DNA of 53,455 nucleotides, taken from NCBI GenBank assembly GCA_030679115.1, contig JAUXTS010000009.1, forward strand, positions 1-53,455, given 5' to 3'. This stretch comes from an archaeon (GTDB lineage Archaea > Nanobdellota > Nanobdellia > Pacearchaeales > GW2011-AR1). The translations under genes were made by a program, and so were the position numbers. Shown here piece after piece: positions 24,970-34,205 of the stretch. Position 1 is the stretch's first letter. Each line of letters begins with the position of its first letter. The notes below the pieces were generated by a model. That model was not told where the DNA came from. It worked only from the letters and a program-made list of their open reading frames with translations, and did no database searches.

Positions 24970-25064
24970 ATCATATCGACAAAAAATACAAAAATGGAAA
25001 ACACTATCAACTGATAGTTACTTTTCTGCAGAATATTTAAATAGCCATAATTCTCGTAAAAAAT

Positions 25065-25706
25065 ATGAATAGACGATTAAGAACTAGAGGAAATGTAAGC
25101 ATAGATTTGTTTAATGATACACGAGATAATACTTCAGGATATAAGGAAAGCATGATTCGTTTTGAATTGGTCAAAAGATTGCCCTTTGCCTCTTTTTCTC
25201 ATGGAGAATTTATGAGAAAATCAGCAGAATTAATTAAACTTGTTCAAAAATATCAAAGATTGGAACCTAAAGTCGAAATATTAGGGTTTAATAGCCCTCA
25301 AGATTGTCTTGCTTTACATGGACTTGACGGCGGACAAGATGATGCAACCGCACATAAAATTTTAGATGGAAGAAATTCATATTCTTTTGAAGAGTTTACA
25401 CAAAAAGATTATGAAAGAAATATAGAACCAGAATTAATATTGAAATCTGAAGAAAAAGATTCATTTATGATTTGTTTAACTGCAACTCCAGGTATAGAAA
25501 CTAACTTTGCAGGTATTAATGCTCCAAGTTATTATAGTTTTTTTAAGTCAAAGAATTTGAAAAGAAGATTACAATTTTATGGACAAACATTGGCTCCTGA
25601 ATTATTTGAAGCAATTGTAGAAAGATATCATAAGCCAGGGTTAACTCATTCATTAAGTCATAAATATAAAGATAGCATATTGAATTATTTACAATGTGCA
25701 ATTTAG
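25065..25706 (+). CDS. Hypothetical protein
   Basis: 213-aa ORF. A TATA-like ATATTTAAATA lies about 27 nt upstream of the ATG. No family recognised. Confidence 0.55.
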   Translation: MNRRLRTRGNVSIDLFNDTRDNTSGYKESMIRFELVKRLPFASFSHGEFMRKSAELIKLVQKYQRLEPKVEILGFNSPQDCLALHGLDGGQDDATAHKILDGRNSYSFEEFTQKDYERNIEPELILKSEEKDSFMICLTATPGIETNFAGINAPSYYSFFKSKNLKRRLQFYGQTLAPELFEAIVERYHKPGLTHSLSHKYKDSILNYLQCAI

Positions 25707-25708
25707 TT

Positions 25709-26062
25709 CTAAACAATGCTTCTTAAATTATCTCTGTCTTTTCTTGGAATTATATGAATATGTGCGTGCTTAACTAATTGTCCAGCAGGTTCTAAATTAT
25801 TCATTATTACATTAAATCCATCGCCCTGTTTTTTCTCGAGTAATTCAGATGAAATTTTTTTCATAAAAGATAATAGTTCATTTCCTAATTTATCTGGAAT
25901 ATCGAGTAAAGTCACATAGTGATTTTTTGGAATTATCAAAGTATGCCCTTTAGCTTTAGGATTTATATCCAAAAAAGCAATAAAACTATTGCTTTCTCCA
26001 ACTATTTCTGATTTTATTTCTTTTCTTGCTATTTTGCAGAATATGCATTCCTTGTTTTCCAT
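25709..26062 (-). CDS. HIT family (histidine triad) hydrolase
   Basis: CIFCKI..., FLDINPKAKGHTLIIPKNH, and the histidine triad HAHIHIIPR. Confidence 0.9.
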   Translation of the reverse strand: MENKECIFCKIARKEIKSEIVGESNSFIAFLDINPKAKGHTLIIPKNHYVTLLDIPDKLGNELLSFMKKISSELLEKKQGDGFNVIMNNLEPAGQLVKHAHIHIIPRKDRDNLRSIV

Positions 26063-26071
26063 TTGCTCAAA

Positions 26072-26189
26072 TGGCTCGGGGGAGGATTGAACTCCCGGCC
26101 TCGGCCTGTCTCAAATCTGCGATTTGCGAGCAAATCCCAGTAACCTGTGATTTCATGAGAGCCGCGTTCTACCACTGAACTACCGAGCC
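26072..26189 (-). tRNA. tRNA-Met (anticodon CAT; elongator Met or Ile2-type) with 46-nt intron (about 26108-26153)
   Basis: In tRNA sense: GGCTCGG-TA-GTTC-AGTGGTA-GAAC-G-CGGCT-CTCATG[intron]A-GGCCG-AGGCC-GGGAG-TTCAATC-CTCCC-CCGAGCC-A. It is not initiator-like, because there is no A1:U72 pair and no GGG/CCC in the anticodon stem. Confidence 0.85.
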
Positions 26190-26264
26190 AAAACTACAAA
26201 TTTCAGAGGGTTTTTAATAGTTTGTCTACACAAGATTAATAAACATATTATTCTTTAAACAGAA

Positions 26265-26477
26265 ATGGTAATTGGAGAGGAAGAAATCATAAATTTGCTT
26301 ATAGAAATTGGAAAAATAGGTTATTGGCTGCAAGCAATAGGACTTATGGTTATATTGTGGATAGTATTTCAGATAGTCTCGCTTATAATAAACAAAAAGA
26401 ATAGAAATACACTAAAATATTTGAGATTAGATATAAAAAGATTGGAAACTAAAGTAGATAAACTTTCTAAAAGATGA
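26265..26477 (+). CDS. Small membrane protein
   Basis: 70 aa with one TM segment followed by a charged coiled tail. Confidence 0.45.
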   Translation: MVIGEEEIINLLIEIGKIGYWLQAIGLMVILWIVFQIVSLIINKKNRNTLKYLRLDIKRLETKVDKLSKR

Positions 26478-26729
26478 TTACTGCTCGTATTGAGGTATTT
26501 CTTCCACTACTTTTGAAACTTTCTTAGGATTATTTGCGGCAGCTATTTCTGCTTTCTTCATTCTTACTAATCTGCCGATATATCCAGCTATTTTGTTTCG
26601 CATTGACTTGCTAGGCATTCCTTCAACAAGAACTTTCTTGTTACGCTCGAAATGCTCATTAAACTTATGATCTCCTTCTAAAAGCTGTCTTGCAGCTTTC
26701 TTTATAAGTGTTGATTTTATTCTTCCCAT
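26478..26729 (-). CDS. rps17e: 30S ribosomal protein S17e
   Basis: MGRIKSTLIKKAARQLLEGDHKFNEHFERNKKVL...SMRNKIAGYIGRL. Confidence 0.88.
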   Translation of the reverse strand: MGRIKSTLIKKAARQLLEGDHKFNEHFERNKKVLVEGMPSKSMRNKIAGYIGRLVRMKKAEIAAANNPKKVSKVVEEIPQYEQ

Positions 26730-26806
26730 TAATACACCTTGAAATCGGGATTTTTAAACCTTATTACCTTTGTTTCTTAGATAATAAGGTTAGCGATGTA
26801 AGTCGA

Positions 26807-27679
26807 TTAAATCTTATCAAAACTACATCTCTCAAATTTAAGCATATTTTTCCAAATTTTATGATATTCTTTTGCCTTTTTATCCATCTCTCCAGAAGAA
26901 ATAATAACTGCAGGCATATTCAACGAATCTGATTTTTGCAGAATATTATTTAAATCAGTTTCAGTAATTTTCTTCTTATCTTTTGCTGCAAGATAAAATT
27001 CCTGTTTCCCAAAAATAGTATTTGCACAAACCTTTGCAATCAATTCCTTTTTCTTGTCTGAAATAAATTCAAGAATTTCAATATTCTTAGCAGTTAAATA
27101 TTCCTTAATTTGTCTTTGAAATTGCGACTCTCCTTCAATCTTAGCAGGTTTCTTGTTGATTAATTCAGCGGACTTATCAGATTTCTCTTGAACTTCAACA
27201 GAAGCAATTGGCAGTTGAGATTTAGGTGCTGAAACAACTGGAGAAATAGGTGCAACAGAAATTTCTTGTATTGGTAAATTAAAGAATTTCCAAAAAGTCT
27301 TTTGATTATCTCTAAAAGAAACTGCAAAATCTTTTATTGCTCTTAATGCAACACGAATAGCTGGCTGCTGAATTTCATCATCAAGAATTTTCTTTTCTTT
27401 TAAAAGAAAATATGCTTCTCTTTCTTTTTGATTGAGATATTGAATAAACTTCTCAAGTTCAGTTTCCTGCCCAGATACATAATAAAGCGGAGAACTTCCT
27501 ACCCTTAAATTGCTTATTCTTAATTTGCCTTCCCCATAAAGTTCTGAAAGAAAAGCCGAAGCAAATAACGGACTAATATTCATCATTCTGGCTATCTGCA
27601 CAGGCAAACTTGGCCCCTTTGTGCTTATCAGAGAAATTATGCGCTCTTTTGTTTCGGTATGAGTATAACTAACAGGCAT
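26807..27679 (-). CDS. Winged-helix domain protein, hypothetical
   Basis: N-terminus ERIISLISTKGPSLPVQIARMMNISPLFASAFLSELYGEGKLRISNLRVGSSPLYYV is wHTH-like. The C-terminal 90 aa (ELIAKVCANTIFGKQEFYLAAKDKKKITETDLNNILQKS...PAVIISSGEMDKKAKEY) faintly resembles a restriction-endonuclease-like fold. Confidence 0.5.
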   Translation of the reverse strand: MPVSYTHTETKERIISLISTKGPSLPVQIARMMNISPLFASAFLSELYGEGKLRISNLRVGSSPLYYVSGQETELEKFIQYLNQKEREAYFLLKEKKILDDEIQQPAIRVALRAIKDFAVSFRDNQKTFWKFFNLPIQEISVAPISPVVSAPKSQLPIASVEVQEKSDKSAELINKKPAKIEGESQFQRQIKEYLTAKNIEILEFISDKKKELIAKVCANTIFGKQEFYLAAKDKKKITETDLNNILQKSDSLNMPAVIISSGEMDKKAKEYHKIWKNMLKFERCSFDKI

Positions 27680-27924
27680 CTAAATTTTTAAAACGCATCA
27701 CATTATAAATTTTTGTATGTCAAAAAACATAACTATAACTTTGATTAATATCTTGATATTGAACTATTAATGAAAAAGGGTATAATGAAAGAGGATATTA
27801 TGATAGATTAATATATTTCCTTACTAATATGTAATTAATAAATTGAATTAATTTAAACTATTAGATTTTTACTATGTTTATGTTTGGATAACAAATAATA
27901 AATGCTATAATCTTATCAAATAAA

Positions 27925-28437
27925 TTATGGCCTTGTCCAAGAAACTTCATAATAACTTACATCTCCCTCTTCATCAACAATTCCCAAAAGAAGATTTTTC
28001 TTGGTTGAATGAGCAATTCTATTTTTTGCAGAAAAATCATGCCAGCTTAATTGCTCGTTCTCTTTTGCCGTATAAAGAATCCAATGTGCATGCTCTTCTC
28101 CCGGCTTAACTCCTTTATCATAAACCCTGAATTCCGCCCCATATTTAAGCGCAGTTTTTACAATATATCCTTTTTTCCTTAAATCTGAAAAAACTATGCA
28201 CTTCGTCTCTATCTTTTTATCACCCCTTCTTGCTTTTCTCATTAAATCTTCAAAAGAAACTACCTTCTTACCAGATTTCAAAATCATTCTTTTTTCTGCA
28301 ATTAAAAATAATGCTTCAGCAGAGGAATATTCTATATGGCTTTCTTTTTTCTCTCCAAATTTAGATTTCTCATACCATGAAAATGCATCTGAAGAAGAAG
28401 ATATTATTCTGTCCCCTGTAAGATTTGCGTCTATCAT
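27925..28437 (-). CDS. endA: tRNA-splicing endonuclease EndA
   Basis: 170 aa. FSDLRKKGYIVKTALKYGAEFRVYDKGVKPGEEHAHWILY...STKKNLLLGIV carries the catalytic Tyr/His/Lys pattern. The size fits a homotetramer-type subunit. Confidence 0.88.
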   Translation of the reverse strand: MIDANLTGDRIISSSSDAFSWYEKSKFGEKKESHIEYSSAEALFLIAEKRMILKSGKKVVSFEDLMRKARRGDKKIETKCIVFSDLRKKGYIVKTALKYGAEFRVYDKGVKPGEEHAHWILYTAKENEQLSWHDFSAKNRIAHSTKKNLLLGIVDEEGDVSYYEVSWTRP

Positions 28438-28463
28438 TTTGATATTTTATCCTCTTCTAATAT

Positions 28464-28530
28464 GAAGCAAAGCTTCTTTTAAAGATTCCGTAGGAATCTT
28501 TAACCCATTCAACTCTTTTAGAGTTGAAGT
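28464..28530 (-). repeat. Orphan hairpin-module cluster upstream of endA
   Basis: Read on the minus strand: ACTTCAACTCTAAAAGAGTTGAAT (H1 variant), TTAAAGATTCCTACGGAATCTTTAA, GAAGCTTTGCTTC. The module order matches the tRNA trailers. Confidence 0.6.
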
Positions 28531-28591
28531 TTTAAACGTTTTCGTCAGATAACTTTTATAAATCTAAAAAACTAGATATATTCAGAAAAAG

Positions 28592-29002
28592 ATGGTACTC
28601 GAAAGCATATTGTCTCCGCAATTCCTTGTAAGAAACATAAATGTAATTTCTTTGATAATTGCGGGCTTTATACTTGTTATTTTTGATGAATTTGCAACTC
28701 GAATTGCCTTTAGAATTACAGATAATTTAAGAAATAGTACAGAAAGCGGGATAAAGGAATTTGGCAAGAAAAGAAATTCTAAAGTAATACAGGGAGGAGC
28801 CACATTCTTATCCAAATCCATAGCAACAACAATTATCCTTATTTATTGTTATTTTGGAACAACTATATTAGCTTACTATATATTTGCACCCATATTAACA
28901 AGTTTAAGGGAATTTCTTCTCATAGTAATAATAATGATTTTTCTAGTAATTTCTTATATCGTAAATGAAAAAAGAGTTAGAGAAAGATTGATGAGAGCTT
29001 AA
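28592..29002 (+). CDS. Integral membrane protein, hypothetical
   Basis: 136 aa with 3 hydrophobic segments. TTTTATAAAT lies about 30 nt upstream of the ATG. Confidence 0.5.
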   Translation: MVLESILSPQFLVRNINVISLIIAGFILVIFDEFATRIAFRITDNLRNSTESGIKEFGKKRNSKVIQGGATFLSKSIATTIILIYCYFGTTILAYYIFAPILTSLREFLLIVIIMIFLVISYIVNEKRVRERLMRA

Positions 29003-29039
29003 TTGGTTATCTTTAAAAAGAGCAGAAAAGTAAATTGAC

Positions 29040-29405
29040 ATGGAAGAAAAAAATTTCGGAGATTTTGATGTAATTGAAGAAGAAGGAGTTATTAATGAAG
29101 AGCCGCAGCCAGGAATGCCTCCCCAAAGAGTAAAAATGCCCCGCGAAGGCGAATTAATCGGAATAGTAATACAAAGATTTGGAGGAAATAAGATGGAAGT
29201 TATGTCTACAGATGGAAAATCAAGAAATTGCCGTGTCCCAGGCAGATTCAAAAGAACAATGTGGTTGAAGCCAAAAGATGTCGTGATTGTGAAGCCCTGG
29301 ACAGACGATAATAGCAAGGCAGATGTTATTTACAAGTATAATTTCTCTTCTATAAATCAGCTTAGAAAAAAAGGAATTCTCAATTCCATCAAAATAGAAT
29401 TCTAA
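29040..29405 (+). CDS. eif1a: Translation initiation factor aIF-1A
   Basis: PREGELIGIVIQRFGGNKMEVMSTDGKSRNCRVPGRFKRTMWLKPKDVVIVKPW (S1-like OB fold). Confidence 0.9.
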   Translation: MEEKNFGDFDVIEEEGVINEEPQPGMPPQRVKMPREGELIGIVIQRFGGNKMEVMSTDGKSRNCRVPGRFKRTMWLKPKDVVIVKPWTDDNSKADVIYKYNFSSINQLRKKGILNSIKIEF

Positions 29406-29442
29406 AAGAAAACCTTTAAATTAACCCTCTCCTAAGAATTTT

Positions 29443-31935
29443 ATGGTGATTAAGAAAATCAAGAATAACAATGATGAAACCATAAATTTCGCAGCCATAG
29501 AGAAAAAATGGCAGAAAAAATGGGAAGAAAGCAAAATATTCCAAACAAAAGAAGACAATAAAAAAAAGAAATATTATATCTTAGAAATGTATCCTTACCC
29601 TTCCGCTTCATTCTTGCATATAGGGCATGTTAGAAATTATACTATTGGAGATATCTATGCAAGAGTAAAAAGAATGCAGGGATTCAATGTGCTCTATCCA
29701 ATGGGCTACGATTCTTTCGGACTTCCTGCAGAAACCGCCGCAAAAAAGCAGGGAATTCATCCTAAAAAATATACTGAAGAATCAATAAAAATGATAATGA
29801 AATATCAAAAAGCTCTGGGAAATAGTTATGATTGGAGCAGAATATTAGCCAGCCACGAGCCAGAATATTATCGATGGAATCAATATTTCTTCCTTAAAAT
29901 GCTTGAAAAAGGATTAGCTTATAGAAAAAAAGCACCCATAAACTGGTGCGAAAAATGCCAATCAGTTCTTGCTAATGAAGAAGCAGAAGGAGGCAAATGC
30001 TGGAGATGCGGAGAAGAAGTAACTGAAAAAGAACTTGAACAATGGTTTTTCAAAATAACTGCTTATGCAGATAAATTGCTTGAAGATTTGAAAAAGATTG
30101 ATTGGCCTGAAAAAATAAAAATAATGCAAAAAAATTGGATTGGAAAAAGTGAAGGAACTGAAATATTATTTGATATCAATGGAAAAAAATGGCCAATATT
30201 CACAACCCGCCCAGATACTCTTTTCGGAGTTACCTTTATGGTTATTTCGGCAAAGCACCCTAAATTGATGAGTTTAGTAACAAAAGAGCATAAAAAAGAA
30301 GCTGATGCATTTCTAAAAAAAATAAAATCCTCTAAGCCTGAAGACATTGAAAAGCTTGACAAAGAAGGTTTCTTTACTGGAAGTTACGCAATAAATCCTC
30401 TTTCAAAAGATAAAATTCCTATCTGGGCAGGCAATTTTGTAATTGCTGAATATGGTTCTGGAATGGTTATGGCTGTCCCAGCCCACGATCAAAGAGACTT
30501 TGAATTTGCAAAAAAATACAAAATTCCGATAAAACTAGTTGTTGTCCCTGCTGATGAAAAGTTTACTTCGGAAACACTGAAAGAAGCCTACACTGGAGCA
30601 GGAAATATAATCAATTCCGAAGCATTTGACGATTTGGAAAACATTGAAGCAATCGAGCACATCACAAAAGCTCTTGAAGCTAAAAAATTAGGCAAGAAAA
30701 CGACTAATTATAAAATCAGGGATTGGCTAATTTCACGCCAGCGTTATTGGGGAACTCCAATTCCAGTAATATATTGCGATAAATGTGGAATTGTTCCAGT
30801 TCCCGAAAAAGATTTGCCTATCCTATTGCCTGAAAAAGTAGATTTCAAATCAAAAGATAATCCTCTGACAACTGCAAAAGAATTTGTAAATGTCAAATGT
30901 CCTAAATGCAAGAGTAATGCAAAAAGAGAAACAGATACAATGGGGGGTTTCGTTGATTCTTCATGGTATTTCTTAAGATATTGTGATAATAAAAATAAAG
31001 AAAAGCCATTTGATGATAAAAAAGTAAATTATTGGATGCCTGTCAATCAATATATCGGAGGTGCAGAACACGCAGTAATGCATCTTATTTATGCCAGATT
31101 TTTCGTAAAGGTATTGAAAGATTTAAAATTCATAAATTTTGATGAACCGTTTATGAAGCTGTTTAATCAAGGAATTGTCTATAAAGATGGAGCAAAAATG
31201 TCCAAATCAAAAGGCAATGTAGTTTTCCAGACAGATATATCTGATAAATATGGAATTGATACAGCAAGATTATTCCTTATGTTCGTTGCTTCTCCAGACA
31301 AACAGATGGAATGGACAGATGAAGGTGTTGAAGGAGCATTTAGAATAATAAATAAAATTTTCAGACTAATCAATAAATTAACCGATAGCAAAAATGCAGA
31401 AGAAGAAAGTAAAATCAATCTATTGATAAAAAGAGTGAGCGAAAATATCGAGACATTTGACTATCCAAAATCTATTGTATCGTTATTTGATGCAATAAAC
31501 TATTTTGGAGAAAAAGGAATTTCCAAAGAAAATTATAAGATTTTGCTTAAGTTAATATCTCCTTTCTGCCCGCATACCGCAGAAGAGCTTTGGGAAAAAA
31601 TCGGGGAAAAAGGATTCATTTCTCTGGCTGAATGGCCTAAAGTTAATGAAAAGAAAATCGATGAAAAATTTGAACAGCTTGAGAAAGCAACAGATAAAAC
31701 CGTGCAGGATATCTTGAACATTCTTAGAATAGTAAAAGAAAAAAATGGAAAAGAAGGAGAAAAAGTGTATATCTATGCCATTCCGAAAGAACTCGAAGGA
31801 TATAATGCTGAAGATATTGGTAGAAGGATTAATAAAGAGGTTAAAGTCTTTGCAGTAAATGATAAAAAGAAATACGACCCTGAAGGAAAAGCTTCAAAAG
31901 CAAAGCCTGGAAAACCGGGGATATATATAGAATGA
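29443..31935 (+). CDS. leuS: Leucyl-tRNA synthetase, bacterial-type
   Basis: YPYPSASFLHIGHVRNYTIGDIYARVKRMQGFNVLYPMGYDSFGLPAE, YDWSR, EYYRWNQYFF, CWRCGEEV, WFFKITAYADKLL, KMSKSKGN. Collinear with the E. coli LeuS motifs. Confidence 0.95.
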   Translation: MVIKKIKNNNDETINFAAIEKKWQKKWEESKIFQTKEDNKKKKYYILEMYPYPSASFLHIGHVRNYTIGDIYARVKRMQGFNVLYPMGYDSFGLPAETAAKKQGIHPKKYTEESIKMIMKYQKALGNSYDWSRILASHEPEYYRWNQYFFLKMLEKGLAYRKKAPINWCEKCQSVLANEEAEGGKCWRCGEEVTEKELEQWFFKITAYADKLLEDLKKIDWPEKIKIMQKNWIGKSEGTEILFDINGKKWPIFTTRPDTLFGVTFMVISAKHPKLMSLVTKEHKKEADAFLKKIKSSKPEDIEKLDKEGFFTGSYAINPLSKDKIPIWAGNFVIAEYGSGMVMAVPAHDQRDFEFAKKYKIPIKLVVVPADEKFTSETLKEAYTGAGNIINSEAFDDLENIEAIEHITKALEAKKLGKKTTNYKIRDWLISRQRYWGTPIPVIYCDKCGIVPVPEKDLPILLPEKVDFKSKDNPLTTAKEFVNVKCPKCKSNAKRETDTMGGFVDSSWYFLRYCDNKNKEKPFDDKKVNYWMPVNQYIGGAEHAVMHLIYARFFVKVLKDLKFINFDEPFMKLFNQGIVYKDGAKMSKSKGNVVFQTDISDKYGIDTARLFLMFVASPDKQMEWTDEGVEGAFRIINKIFRLINKLTDSKNAEEESKINLLIKRVSENIETFDYPKSIVSLFDAINYFGEKGISKENYKILLKLISPFCPHTAEELWEKIGEKGFISLAEWPKVNEKKIDEKFEQLEKATDKTVQDILNILRIVKEKNGKEGEKVYIYAIPKELEGYNAEDIGRRINKEVKVFAVNDKKKYDPEGKASKAKPGKPGIYIE

Positions 31936-32408
31936 AATTAATAGATAAAGAAAATTTGTTGAAAGAAGCAAGAGAAAAATTTGAGTCTATAAAAAATGAG
32001 CTTGGATTTAAATCAACTTTTGAAGAAATAAATGATACTTTTTACATAAATGATTATATTTTAAGTTTAGGATTTGTCAGCGAAAGATTCTCAAGGCAGA
32101 TATGTGGAAGAATTGTTGAAAATTATATGTCTTGGTTAAATTATCTGCAGGGATTAGTCTTCCCAAATGCAGGAAATATAGTTAATTTAAATGAAAGCAA
32201 ACTTATAAACGATTCTGAAAAAAAAGAAATAGGAAAAATGTTGAGCGAAATAATGGCGATTATAACTACAAACTCTGTTGTTGCAATTACAAAAGATAAA
32301 AAAATTGAAGCGAGATTCATTGATGAATCTGTAACTTATTGGAATTCCTCTTTCAAATCCCGTGCCACCCAAATAATCAAAAAAATCAATGACGGCTGGA
32401 AGAAATAA
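31932..32408 (+). CDS. Hypothetical protein
   Basis: 158-aa ORF with an ATGA overlap with the leuS stop. Confidence 0.55.
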   Translation: MKLIDKENLLKEAREKFESIKNELGFKSTFEEINDTFYINDYILSLGFVSERFSRQICGRIVENYMSWLNYLQGLVFPNAGNIVNLNESKLINDSEKKEIGKMLSEIMAIITTNSVVAITKDKKIEARFIDESVTYWNSSFKSRATQIIKKINDGWKK

Positions 32409-32440
32409 ATCTTTATAAATTCTAGTTTTAAAGTATTTTG

Positions 32441-32950
32441 ATGGTAAGTGTTTTCTGCGAACCTAGGGAGAAATATTCAATGGCAGGCAAGTATATTGGA
32501 AATGGCGTTGAGGGTAGTTTTAGCGGAGGGTTTCATTACTACTCTGACAGGAAGATTGTCGGAATAATGACTGATGAATGCGCAGGAGTTTCGGTGAGAA
32601 AAATGCTTTTGGGCGTTCATTCTCCAGAAGACGATTCTTTATCGTTTGTCCAGTTCAGCGATTTAAGGACACTCCCTCTTCTTTGGACTACTAAAAGATT
32701 CCCTGGAAAAACTATTGGAAGATTAGGAGAAAATTACGGAGGACCTTGGGTATTTTTATCAAATCTATATGTTCCTGTTGGGTTGGATTCACTGATTGAA
32801 AACAAGCTACCTAAAATGAAGGATGTCCGAGAAATTCCTGCTGAAGAATTAAAAGGGTCTTTTTTTACAAACAAATTGCTTAAGAAAGTTAAGATTAATG
32901 CTATGAGACATGCTCTCTGCGGAGCCATCAATCTAAAACTTGAAAAATAA
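32441..32950 (+). CDS. Hypothetical protein
   Basis: The track start is TTG, so I use the ATG at 32441, about 25 nt after CTTTATAAAT. No family recognised. Confidence 0.5.
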   Translation: MVSVFCEPREKYSMAGKYIGNGVEGSFSGGFHYYSDRKIVGIMTDECAGVSVRKMLLGVHSPEDDSLSFVQFSDLRTLPLLWTTKRFPGKTIGRLGENYGGPWVFLSNLYVPVGLDSLIENKLPKMKDVREIPAEELKGSFFTNKLLKKVKINAMRHALCGAINLKLEK

Positions 32951-32951
32951 A

Positions 32952-33185
32952 TCACCCAAATTTAACAACTTCTAAAACTATTTGCTTCTTGTCAAGAGAC
33001 TTTATTCTCCAAATCCTATTTGCTCCAGTAGCAGATTTAAGCTCTATCCTATCTATTAAAATATCTCCGTTATCAGGACCAAACATCCTATATTCTCCAA
33101 GCTCCAATAAAGTTTTATCAATTTTTTCTTCTTTGATTTCTTCTATTTTTTCTTTTTGCTCCTCTTTTTTAATTTCTTCTTCCAT
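32952..33185 (-). CDS. Small acidic protein, hypothetical
   Basis: 77 aa with a Glu/Lys-rich N-terminus. Confidence 0.45.
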   Translation of the reverse strand: MEEEIKKEEQKEKIEEIKEEKIDKTLLELGEYRMFGPDNGDILIDRIELKSATGANRIWRIKSLDKKQIVLEVVKFG

Positions 33186-33452
33186 TTATATTATTGGAAA
33201 TTATAGTTTAAAAAATTAATTGTGGTTCTTTTTCTAGTAGTAAACGAGAATTTTTTAAAATTCTTATCTATCGAGAAGCCACTCGCTTAAAACTTTTAAT
33301 CTATTTATAAACTCCTGTCTCTTCTTAGTAAATAATCTCTGCAACATTCTATTCATCCCTATAAAGTAACTTAGTATATAACAATGCTTATTCTGTGAAA
33401 ATATAATTCAATTGATTGGTATATATTTAAAGAAAAGATATCTAAAAAATAT

Positions 33453-33629
33453 ATGAATTTAATTGGAAGAGTAAAGGGCATACTTTTTCAGCAGTGTGAT
33501 GAATGTGGAACTCTTTTTGATTTAAATTATGAATTTGAAGGAAGAGCAGAAGAATTATTGCAATCAAGAATTCGTGCTTCAAAACCACTTTGCTGGACAT
33601 GTAAAAATTATCAGGAGATTGAAAGATGA
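33453..33629 (+). CDS. Small zinc-ribbon-like protein (58 aa)
   Basis: MNLIGRVKGILFQQCDECGTLF...PLCWTCKNYQEIER, i.e. CxxC...CxxC. Below the track cutoff. Confidence 0.4.
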   Translation: MNLIGRVKGILFQQCDECGTLFDLNYEFEGRAEELLQSRIRASKPLCWTCKNYQEIER

Positions 33630-33769
33630 GCTATTTTGAAGATGTAATTAGAAGCGCTGGAATCAACGAAACAGATAAGGAAAAAATAGAAGAATTCCTC
33701 ATCAATGAGGACAATCCTTTGGAAGTATCGAGAGCAATAGAATGCTATTTCTGCTATACTAAAAGATAA
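33626..33769 (+). CDS. Small hypothetical protein (47 aa)
   Basis: ATGA overlap with the preceding small ORF. Translation begins MSYFEDVIRSAGINETDKEKIEEFL... Confidence 0.35.
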   Translation: MSYFEDVIRSAGINETDKEKIEEFLINEDNPLEVSRAIECYFCYTKR

Positions 33770-33838
33770 AAGTTAATCAAAAGATATGTCTAAATGAAAA
33801 CAGAAACGTTTTTAAGTCTGCTTTATCAAAATTAAATA

Positions 33839-34171
33839 ATGGAAGAAAAAAAACCTGAATGGGTAACAATGAAGCCTGCAGAATTGGAAAAAATAATCGT
33901 AGAATTAGCAAAACAAGGAGAAACTCCTGCAAAAATAGGTATGATTCTTAGAGATAAGCATGGAGTTCCAAAAGCAAAGCTTCTTGGTAAACGAATTTCC
34001 CAAATATTAACTGAAAAGAATATAAAAATTAAGTCAGAAAAAGAAAAATTGACAGAAGAAACCAGCAAATTAGAACAGCATAAGGCAAAACACAAGCATG
34101 ATTATACCGCAACACGAGCCATGACAAAAAAACTCTGGATTTTGAATAAGATTAATAAACTCGAACATTAA
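33839..34171 (+). CDS. rps15: 30S ribosomal protein S15 (uS15/S13e)
   Basis: PEWVTMKPAELEKIIVELAKQGETPAKIGMILRDKHGVPKAKLLGKRISQIL, and a C-terminal KHDYTATRAMTKK. Confidence 0.85.
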   Translation: MEEKKPEWVTMKPAELEKIIVELAKQGETPAKIGMILRDKHGVPKAKLLGKRISQILTEKNIKIKSEKEKLTEETSKLEQHKAKHKHDYTATRAMTKKLWILNKINKLEH

Positions 34172-34205
34172 TTATATTTTAGAGAGATTATTTAAAAAGA
34201 GCAAT

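Noticed and set aside
27680-27924. 245-nt very AT-rich spacer as a replication origin
   Set aside because: I could not identify repeated ORB-like boxes or a long inverted-repeat architecture, and no orc1/cdc6 gene is adjacent. It is more simply the endA terminator plus the promoter region of the 26807-27679 gene.
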